Source: an uncultured Acidobacteriaceae bacterium (lineage in GTDB: Bacteria; Acidobacteriota; Terriglobia; Terriglobales; Acidobacteriaceae). Taken from it: a stretch of 64,000 bases of DNA. The notes beneath the pieces were generated by a model, which saw only the letters and a list, made by a program, of their open reading frames with translations, was not told the DNA's origin and did not search any database. Both the position numbers and the translations under genes were made by a program. Where the stretch lies: the NCBI GenBank assembly GCA_963793845.1, contig CAWCBG010000002.1:743562-807561 (forward strand), given 5' to 3'. Shown piece after piece: positions 10,358 through 18,749 of the stretch; the stretch's first letter is position 1; each line of letters starts with the position of its first letter.

Positions 10358-12218
10358 ATGGCCGAACCCGGCAGTTTCGCTGACACCCTGAAGCAGCAGG
10401 CCGACATCGTCCGCATCGTGGGCGAGTACGTCAAGCTGCGCAAGATGGGTGCGCAGAACTTTGGCGGGCTGTGTCCGTTCCACCAGGAGAAGACGCCATC
10501 GTTCTCCGTTCACGCCACGCGCCAGTTTTATCACTGCTTCGGCTGCGGCGCGTCGGGCGACGTCTTCAGCTTCGTCCAGAAGATCGAGAACATCACCTTC
10601 CCCGAAGCGGTTCGCGCCGTGGCCGAGAAGCTCGGCGTGCCGCTGCCGAAGATGACCTACTCCTCGCCTGAGGAGGAGCGCCAGGCGAAACAGCGCGGCG
10701 GGCTGGTCGATATCCAGGAGCGGGCCTGCATTTACTTTCAGGAGCAACTGCGGCGTCCCGAGGCGGCGCATGCCCGCGAGTATCTGGTTTCGCGCGGGCT
10801 TACGCCGGAGCACATCGCCGAGTTCCGCATCGGATTCGCGCCCGAATCGGGCTTCCTGCTGCGTGACGCCCTGCAGCGGCAGTTCGGCGAAGAGATCCTG
10901 CGCGATTCGGGACTGTTCTCGTGGAAAGACAAAAACGACGAGCAGCCGGAGCAGCGAGCGTCGTTATATTCGAAATTTCGCAACCGTGTGATGTTCCCCA
11001 TCGCCAACGAATCGGGGAAGATCATCGCCTTCACCGGGCGAACCCTCTCGGCGGACGAGAAGGCTGGTCCCAAATACCTGAATTCGCCGGAGACGCCGAT
11101 CTACTCCAAGTCGCGCGTGCTGTTCAATCTCGACAAGGCCAAGGAAGCGATCCGCAAGCTCGACTACGCCATCCTGGTCGAAGGCCAGATGGATTGCATC
11201 GCCGTATACAGCGCCGGATTTCATAACGTGATTGCCAGCTCGGGCACGGCGTTCACCGAGATTCAGGCCAAACTGCTGGGGCGCTTCAGCAAGAACGTCG
11301 TCGTCAACTTCGACCCTGACACTGCGGGCGCCGCTGCCGCCGAGCGTTCGCTGGCCCTGCTGGTCGCCGAAGATTTTCAGATCAAGGTGCTGTCGCTGGA
11401 GGCCGGCTTCGATCCTGACTTGTACATCCGGCGCAAGGGCGTGGACGCCTACACCGAAGCGCTGGGCCATTCGCAGAAGTATTTCGACTACCTGATCGAG
11501 CGGGCCCGCAAGCAGTTTCCGACGCGCACACCGGAAGGCAAGGTCAAGGCGCTGAACTTCCTGCTGCCGCACATTCAGCGCATTCCCAGCCGGATCGTCC
11601 GCGATGAGCTGGCGAACGAGATTTCGCATCGCCTCGGCATCGAGTCGACGGTGCTGCGCCAGGAGTTGCGACAGGCGGTGACCACGCGATCGGCCTCGCG
11701 GGTCAGCGCTGCCAGCGCCGGAGCGATTACCGACGCCGAGCGCTTGCTGATCCGCGCGCTCGCCGACCGCGAGTCTCGGCGGAACGCCAGTCAGCGATCG
11801 CGATGGCTTCGATACCGCCTTCGAGCCCGGCCGGCAGGCGCACTTCGTCCTAAGCCAGGAGCGGCTGCACAGTGGCGCGGCCACCGAACGCCTGATTGAC
11901 GCGCTGATGGCGGCCGAAGAGCAGGGGCTCGATCCGATGGCGATGCCGCTGGAGGACTCCGACCGGCAGGTGCTCGCTTCGGTGCTGATGGACGAGCGCG
12001 AGGAACTCACGCCCGAGTTGCTGGAAGAGGCGATCAAGTCTTTGCGCCGCCGGGCGTTGCGTCACCGCATGGACGCGCTACAGCACGAGCTGAAGGAAGC
12101 CGAGCGCCGTCAGGATGCGGGCTCGACCGCCCGACTGCTGCAGGAGCGCCTAAAGCTGCGCCGGAGCCTTAGTTCGGTGTCAGACGGAGGGCCAAGCGCG
12201 GTCGAAGGCCGGGGGTAA
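10358..12218 (+). pseudogene. dnaG: DNA primase DnaG, interrupted by a +1 frameshift near 11765-11790 (probably a sequence error)
   Basis: The N-terminus carries the zinc finger CPFHQEKTPSFSV..YHCFGCGASGD and a TOPRIM domain (ILVEGQMDCIAVY..NFDPDTAG). After ..LIRALADRE the frame decays into R-rich sequence. The next frame reads SLGGTPVSDRDGFDTAFEPG..ERLIDALMAAEEQGLDP and continues as ORF 11907..12218. Confidence 0.85.
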
Positions 12219-12221
12219 CCA

Positions 12222-12245
12222 AAATTGTTCCACGTGGAACAATTT
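12222..12245. repeat. 24-bp perfect palindrome AAATTGTTCCACGTGGAACAATTT, 3 nt after the dnaG stop
   Basis: Read directly: the first 12 nt are the exact reverse complement of the last 12. It could act as a weak terminator hairpin or a dimeric-protein operator in the dnaG-rpoD spacer. Confidence 0.6.
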
Positions 12246-12535
12246 GCGCTGTTTCCCGAAATGGGAATCATCCTTATTGAAGTGATGTAAGTATCTGATT
12301 AAAAAGGGCTGAACCTAATCCAGCTCGGGCTTCATCTAACTTACAGGGGTTGAGAGCGTCCAAGTCTCCAGCAGGTGGGGCGGCTCTCGACTGAAAATAG
12401 GCTTTGAGGGCGGGCCCGGCCTATGCTAAAATTCGTAAGTTTCCGCATATCCCGGTACTGCCGTACCGCTCCCGCCGTAGTGTGCACCCTGAAAAGAGCG
12501 CCCAGCGAAGGGCGACAAGTAGAGGAAATTCCGCT

Positions 12536-14225
12536 TTGGCTCTAGAAGATAAGTTCGACGACATCAAGAAATTGATCGATGCCGGAAAAGAGAAGGGCTA
12601 CCTCACGTATGACGAGGTGAACGATCTCATTCCGCACGACGTGCATTCGGCCGACGACCTCGAAGACTTGATGACCACCATCGGCACCCAGGGCATTGAC
12701 GTGCTCGAAGGTCCGAAGGCAGGTGCTCTCGACAAGTTCGAGAAGGGCGACATTGAGGCCGGCGAAGACGTCGAGCTCGATCTCACGCCCGGTGCGCTGG
12801 AGAAAACCAACGACCCCGTCCGCATGTATCTGCGCGAGATGGGCACCGTGCCGCTGCTCACCCGCGAAGGCGAAGTCGAAATCGCCAAGCGCATCGAGCG
12901 CGGACAGCTTCGCGTTCTGAAGGCGCTGTCGCGTTCGCCGATCGTGATCCGCGAAATCCTCGCCATGGGCGAGGACCTGAAGCGCGGCGTACGTTCCATC
13001 AAGGAAGTGGTTCTCTTCGACGAAGAGGAAATCACCGAAGAGGTTCTCCTCAACCGGCTGAAGGACATCACCGGCCGTGTGGACGAACTGAACAAGCACT
13101 ACAAGAAGTCGGTGATGCTGACCGACAAGCTGGCCGAGATTCCGCAGAAGAAGAATCCGCGCGGCTTCCGCAAGACCAAGTGGGCCATGGGCCGCGAGCA
13201 GGTTGGCATCTCGCGCGTGATCCGCAAGCTGGGCTTCACCAACAGCGAGCGCAAGCGCCTGATCGATCGCGTCAACAAGACGGTCGACAGCATGCGCGGG
13301 CTCGATCGCCAGGCCGGCAACTTCGAGAAGCGCGCCGAACAGACGCGCGTGGACGAGACCAAGAAGGAGCTGCGCCGCCAGGTTCGCCAGATCCGCGCCG
13401 ACCTCGAGCACATGGAGCGTGACGCCGGCGCCAGCTTTGCCGAGCTCAAGCGCACGCAGCGCGAGATCGTGCAGGGCGACGTCGATGCCGAGTACGCCAA
13501 GCGCGAGCTGATTGAAGCCAACCTGCGACTGGTGGTTTCGATTGCCAAAAAGTACACCAATCGCGGACTTGCAGTTCCTCGACCTGATTCAGGAAGGCAA
13601 CATCGGCCTGATGAAGGCGGTGGACAAGTTCGAATACCGCCGCGGCTACAAGTTCTCGACCTACGCCACTTGGTGGATTCGCCAGGCAATCACCCGCGCT
13701 ATTGCCGATCAGGCCCGCACCATCCGTATTCCGGTGCACATGATCGAGACCATCAACAAGCTGATCCGCACGTCGCGGCAGCTGGTGCAGGAACTCGGAC
13801 GCGAGCCCACTTCGGAAGAGATCGCCAAGCGGATGGATATTCCGGTGGCGAAAGTTCGCAAAGTCTTGAAGATCGCACAGGAGCCTATCTCCCTCGAGAC
13901 GCCGATCGGCGAAGAGGAAGATTCGCATCTGGGCGACTTCATCGAAGACCGCGCGGTGGTCTCTCCGGCCGAAGCGGTGATCAACGTGAACCTCAAGGAG
14001 CAGACGGCGCAAGTGCTGCGCACGCTCACTCCTCGCGAGGAGAAGGTGATCAAGATGCGCTTCGGACTGGAAGACGGCTCCGAGCACACGCTGGAAGAGG
14101 TCGGCCAGTCGTTCGCGGTTACTCGCGAACGTATCCGGCAGATCGAAGCCAAGGCGCTGCGCAAGCTGCGGCATCCGTCGCGCTCGCGCAAACTGCGCGC
14201 CTTCATGGACGGCGTGCACGACTAG
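12536..14225 (+). pseudogene. rpoD: primary sigma factor RpoD, interrupted by a single inserted T at about 13569-13570 (probably a sequence error)
   Basis: ..[15 protein letters not shown] is followed by ggacTTgcagttcctc. Removing one T restores [46 protein letters not shown], which continues as ORF 13512..14225 through regions 2-4. Start is proposed at TTG 12536 after AGAGGA. Confidence 0.9.
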
Positions 14226-14261
14226 AACAGCTGTCAGTTTTCAGTCGTTAGTTATCAGCCA

Positions 14262-14288
14262 GGGCGCGGGAGAACCCCGCCTTTTCTT
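14262..14288 (+). terminator. putative rho-independent terminator of rpoD
   Basis: ggcgcggg-agaa-ccccgcc followed by TTTTCTT. Confidence 0.5.
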
Positions 14289-14409
14289 CGCTCAGTCCAA
14301 AAGGGCGACCTAATAGAATCGCAAGACGCGGCGAATAAAAGGCGAATATGCTATTATCTACGCTCAGAAGAGCGACCGAATGAGGGAATCAGGTTGAGTA
14401 GTGATCTCT

Positions 14410-15542
14410 ATGCGCAACCAAGGGTTCTTTGACGAGTCGAGCGAACAGTCCCGTATCAAGGCGACGATTGTCAGCGATTATTTCTGGGCGTGGGCAAAGG
14501 TCATCTTGTCATCGTGACGAAGTGAGGCGGCCGTATCGCATACATTGATCTCTTCGCCGGTCCGGGAAGATACAGGGACGGCACCAAATCCACCCCTTTA
14601 TTAGTACTGGAACGCGCAATAGCCGATGTGGACATGCGCGAGCACCTTGTCACACTATTCAATGACGCTGCCGTGGAGAACTCTCAAGCATTAGAGAAAG
14701 ATATCCAAGCGCTACCTGATATCACAAAGCTAAAATACAAGCCCCAGGTCGCAACCCAAGAAGTCGGCGATGAGATTGTCAAGATGTTTGAGCAAATGAA
14801 TCTGGTTCCTACTTTTTTCTTTGTAGATCCTTGGGGATACAAAGGCCTCTCATTGGGACTAATTAACTCTGTCTTGAAGAATTGGGGCTGTGATTGCGTT
14901 TTCTTTTTCAATTACAACCGGATCAACATGGGTCTCGGAAACGACGCCGTAGAAGAACACATGAATGTGCTGTTCGGAGATGAGCGAGCCAATGAACTGC
15001 GAGAGAAGCTGGAGCTTCTACCATCTCGCGAGCGTGAAGCCGCTATTGTCGAAGCGCTAACTGCCGCATTGCGCGAGTTGGGAGCAAACTATGTGCTGCC
15101 CTTCTGTTTTAAGGATGAAAAGGGCAGCCGAACTACCCACCACCTTATATTCGCAACCAAGCATCCGCGCGGCTACCGCATCATGAAAGAAATAATGGCG
15201 AAACAGAGTTCGGAAGGCCCCCAAGGAGTAGCATCTTTCGGATATTGCCCCGCATCGGCGATTCATCCATTGCTTTTCGAACTCAACCGGCCTCTTGATG
15301 ATTTGGAGGGAATGCTTCTAGGCGAATATGAGGGACTAACTCTGACAACAGCCGAACTCTATGATCGCCATAACGTCGGACATCCATACACGATGAAGAA
15401 CTACAAGGACGTTCTCATCAGCATGGAGGAGCGCGGCCTCATTAAGGCTGATCCGCCACGTGAATCGCGGCGTAAGGGAACCTTTGCAGACAAGGTGCGT
15501 GTAATGTTTCCGAAGAATCAACAAGAAAAGCATCCGGCATGA
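14410..15542 (+). pseudogene. three-Cys-motif partner protein TcmP (TIGR04474-like), reading frame broken at 14505-14530
   Basis: ATG 14410 gives MRNQGFFDESSEQSRIKATIVSDYFWAWAKVILSS then a stop. The frame of ORF 14628..15542 extends upstream as (TGA 14523)GGRIAYIDLFAGPGRYRDGTKSTPLLVLERAI. Low GC. ATGA overlap with the next gene. Confidence 0.7.
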
Positions 15543-16318
15543 GCGCGAACAGCAAGATCGAATGGACGGATGCGACATGGAACCCGGTTCGGGGGTGCAC
15601 CAAAATCAGCCCCGGCTGCACCCATTGCTACGCGGAAGTATTTGCTGAGCGATTTCGCGGAGTAAAGGGCCATCCATACGAACAAGGCTTTGACCTCCGT
15701 CTCGTTCCGGAAAAACTGAACGAGCCTTTCAAATGGCGAGCGCCGAGACGGGTGTTCGTTAACTCGATGAGTGATTTGTTCCATGAAGGGGTTCCTGACG
15801 ATTACATTGCGTCCGTCGTGGACGTAATGGTCCAGGCCGACTGGCACACATATCAGGTCTTGACCAAACGATCTGCTCGCATGAGTGAGTTGCTGAAAAC
15901 ACGTCTGAGGTTCGCTGCGGCGAAACCCCATATCTGGTGGGGTGTTAGCGTTGAGAATAAGAAGCACGGTCTGCCTAGAATTGAGAACCTTCGCTCTGCC
16001 CCCGCAGCCGTACGGTTTCTTTCGATCGAGCCATTGTTAGAGGACTTAGGAACCGTTAACTTCTCAGGCATCCACTGGGTCATCGTCGGTGGTGAGAGTG
16101 GGTTTGGTGCCAGGTCCATGCCACGGCAATGGGTTGTCTCCATTCGCAGCCAGTGTCGCCAATATGGTGTTCCCTTCTTCTTCAAGCAATGGGGCGGTAG
16201 GCGAAAAAAAGAAGCTGGGAGATTGTTAGACGGCCGAACCTATGATGAGATGCCCGATGTCGTGCTCCACGATAATGGCAACGCTGCAGGCTCTCTCATG
16301 CAGCAGCAAATCCGATAA
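15539..16318 (+). CDS. phage Gp37/Gp68-family three-Cys protein (PF07505 / DUF5131)
   Basis: KIEWTDATWNPVRGCTKISPGCTHCYAE, VFVNSMSDLFHE, WHTYQVLTKR, FLSIEPLLE, VIVGGESG and PFFFKQWGG are all motifs I associate with DUF5131. Confidence 0.8.
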   Translation: MSANSKIEWTDATWNPVRGCTKISPGCTHCYAEVFAERFRGVKGHPYEQGFDLRLVPEKLNEPFKWRAPRRVFVNSMSDLFHEGVPDDYIASVVDVMVQADWHTYQVLTKRSARMSELLKTRLRFAAAKPHIWWGVSVENKKHGLPRIENLRSAPAAVRFLSIEPLLEDLGTVNFSGIHWVIVGGESGFGARSMPRQWVVSIRSQCRQYGVPFFFKQWGGRRKKEAGRLLDGRTYDEMPDVVLHDNGNAAGSLMQQQIR

Positions 16319-16414
16319 GCCGGTAGCTGCTGATGCTGGCTAACTGCAGGTCTCGGCTCCGCCGCTGGCCCAGGATGCCACCGCGATTCGTTGGAGTTTT
16401 GGGATCGTGGAGCG

Positions 16415-17311
16415 TCAGTACAGCCGGAAGTTCACTTCGACATTGATCTGCACTGGCACTGCCTGACCGTTCAGCTTGGCGGGTTCGAAGCGCCATTGCA
16501 TCACGGCTTCTCTGGCCTTCTCGTCCAGACCCATGCCGAGGGAGCGCTGAATCTTGATCTCGTGCGGCTTGCCGTCCGCACCCACCACCAGCCACAGAAC
16601 CACCGTGCCCTGGTACTTCGCCTTGCGAGCTTCTTCGGAGTACTCGGGATCGGGCGCATAGAGCGCCTTGGGTGCGCTCACGCCGCCGCCTACACGATAG
16701 GCTCCGCCACCGTATCCGCCGCCATGTCCGGGGCCCACGCCGGGACCTGTACCGGAGCCCACACCGCCACCGCTGCCGCTGCCGATACCTCCGCCATATC
16801 CCGTTCCGTTGGATGGCGGCCCCAACACCTTCGATAACGGATCACCCAGTTGCCCTGTCGTGGGCAGCTTGATCTCGGGCGGCACAACTACCGAAGGAGT
16901 CGCGACCAGCTTAGGGTTGTCGTTACGGATGACAATCGCGGGAGGAACAATCTGGTCCTTGGAAAGCTTGGGCAACGCGCCCTTGGGAGCGGCCAGTTTG
17001 TCGCGGTCACCGCCGCCGCCGCCACCGCCGGCCCTGGTCTTGGAGACGCTCATCGGCAGATAAGGGCTGATGTCGGTTACCAGCCCGACGACCTGTTGCT
17101 TGATTTCGTCCTTGTGCGAGTAGGTCCAGGTCGCCGACCAGATCAACAGGCCAACAAGAACCATGTGGCCGACGAAGGAATAGATGAAGGTATCTTTGCG
17201 TTGCGGGTACAGGCCTTCGCCTTCGCCGAACAGCGCAGGAATGACCTGATCCTCGGGCGCAAGCTTGGGCGCCTGCTCAGGCGACGGCTTTTGCAAGACA
17301 GGGGTAGACAT
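16415..17311 (-). CDS. energy transducer TonB-family protein with Gly-rich linker
   Basis: N-terminal TM helix, a GGGGGGG / GYGGGIGSGSGGGVGSGTGPGVGPGHGGGYGGG linker, and a C-terminal YSEEARKAKYQGTVVLWLVVGADGKPHEIKIQRSLGMGLDEKAREAVMQWRFEPAK..G.AVPVQINVEVNF. Confidence 0.8.
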   Translation of the reverse strand: MSTPVLQKPSPEQAPKLAPEDQVIPALFGEGEGLYPQRKDTFIYSFVGHMVLVGLLIWSATWTYSHKDEIKQQVVGLVTDISPYLPMSVSKTRAGGGGGGGDRDKLAAPKGALPKLSKDQIVPPAIVIRNDNPKLVATPSVVVPPEIKLPTTGQLGDPLSKVLGPPSNGTGYGGGIGSGSGGGVGSGTGPGVGPGHGGGYGGGAYRVGGGVSAPKALYAPDPEYSEEARKAKYQGTVVLWLVVGADGKPHEIKIQRSLGMGLDEKAREAVMQWRFEPAKLNGQAVPVQINVEVNFRLY

Positions 17312-17461
17312 CTCTATTCAACAGTATAGACCCAGCTACAAATCGGAAGATGCACAAAAAGTACCAACAGCCCACTGGATTTGACGCAGGCAAAGGCCGT
17401 TCGATAGTGCCAAAAAAGAAAGGACGAAACTGGCTTTGGTTTGCGGCCCGAACCCCCAGCT

Positions 17462-18595
17462 CTAACCACTGCCACGATTCACAATGACACGCAAGGCGGC
17501 GCGTTGCACCGAGATTTCCACCGGAGTGGGGCCAATGTACTCTCCGTCGGCGAACACCTCGGTGACCGGATCGGTCACCAGGCGAATCCGCTCGGCACGA
17601 AAGTATTCAACCTCTTTCAGGCCAAGGTGTTCCCCCTTGTAGACGAGGCGAAACAGGCGCAGCAGCCGCATCTTGCTCAAGCGGCGGACGAAACAAACGT
17701 CGAGCAATCCGTCATCGAGAACCGCCTCGTGAGTAAGTCGCATGCCGTGTCCGTATTGCGGGCCATTGCCGGCGGCGATCAGGAAGCCCGGTTCGTTGAT
17801 GCGGATCTGCCAAACGCCATCCACTTCGACAGACACTGTTACCTGGGGTGGACGAAACGAGCCCAGCGTCTGCAGCAAACCAACCACGTAGCCACCGTGC
17901 GCACGCAGCCAGCGAGGCTGGTCCAAAGTTAGCCGGTTCACGGCTGCGTCGAGCCCGGTTCCGGCGATGCATCCGAAAAACGTAGTTCGCGAACGCTGGC
18001 TTTCCGCCTCGGCAGCGTGGCGCAGTTGTGACTGCATGATGCGTGGTCCCAGGCGAGGCAGATCGGGGCGCGGCCCGGAAGGAACGAAGTGCAAAGTCTC
18101 CAGCGATTCACCCTGCCAGGGCGACTCGTCGCTGGGCGGTGTTGCGTCCGGTGAGTCCTCCGGTGGGATGGGCTGGATAGTGCCCAGGTCAATCATGCGA
18201 GTGTTGTCGCCGACTGCGCAGAAGCGGCGCCACGCCGTCAGCGCGGCTGTGGTGCTGTCGATACCGAGCGAAGCGGCAAAATCGTTGGCGCTTCCCAGCG
18301 GAACGATCAGGGTGGGGATGTCTCTGTTGGCAAGCGAGCCGAGGGGGCGATGGATGGTTCCGTCTCCGCCGAAGATGAGCACCGCGGCCGGCTGGTCGGT
18401 GGGATCGAGTTCGTTGCCGGTGAAGATGTTCACGTCCTCCAGTTCGAAAGGACGGACGTGATGCTGTTTCGCGATGGGACCCAGAAGAGCGACAGCGCGC
18501 ACGGCGTTACTTTCGCACAGCGGGCAGCGAATTTCAAAATACGAGGCTGGCTGCCTTTGCGGCTGCCGGCTTGAGCATGGTTTTTTCGCTGTCAT
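17462..18595 (-). CDS. diacylglycerol/lipid kinase family protein (DAGK catalytic domain)
   Basis: VLIFGGDGTIHR and TLIVPLGSANDFA motifs. The N-terminal limit is uncertain because the ORF start overlaps a family A repeat. Confidence 0.65.
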   Translation of the reverse strand: MTAKKPCSSRQPQRQPASYFEIRCPLCESNAVRAVALLGPIAKQHHVRPFELEDVNIFTGNELDPTDQPAAVLIFGGDGTIHRPLGSLANRDIPTLIVPLGSANDFAASLGIDSTTAALTAWRRFCAVGDNTRMIDLGTIQPIPPEDSPDATPPSDESPWQGESLETLHFVPSGPRPDLPRLGPRIMQSQLRHAAEAESQRSRTTFFGCIAGTGLDAAVNRLTLDQPRWLRAHGGYVVGLLQTLGSFRPPQVTVSVEVDGVWQIRINEPGFLIAAGNGPQYGHGMRLTHEAVLDDGLLDVCFVRRLSKMRLLRLFRLVYKGEHLGLKEVEYFRAERIRLVTDPVTEVFADGEYIGPTPVEISVQRAALRVIVNRGSG

Positions 18596-18651
18596 GCTGA
18601 GCGGAGGCGGCGCTTCGCCGCCGAAGTCGAAGCACCCCTATATCCGGAAGC
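18591..18651 (+). repeat. repeat family A, short form
   Basis: gtcatgctgagcggaggcggcgcttcgccgccgaagtcgaagcacccctat is near-identical to 26207..26258. Confidence 0.7.
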
Positions 18652-18749
18652 TCTATGCACAGCACGCCCGACGGCTGCGGAAACCTCCTCTAGCTGCCAC
18701 GTGATTGATTTCCTTGCGTCGCGTCGGCCGCTTCACTACTCTGTCTCGC

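Noticed and set aside
13555-13585. Programmed +1 frameshifting in rpoD, dnaG or selB.
   Set aside because: There is no conserved slippery or stall context of the prfB type. The sites differ in sequence. The same lesion type hits unrelated genes including a glycosidase and a permease. A technical indel error is far more parsimonious.
14523-14525. The in-frame TGA in TcmP (VTK-TGA-GGRIAY) as a possible selenocysteine codon, given selB in the window.
   Set aside because: There is no SECIS-like hairpin immediately downstream. TcmP is not a known selenoprotein family. The upstream part is in a different frame anyway, so recoding alone would not restore the protein.
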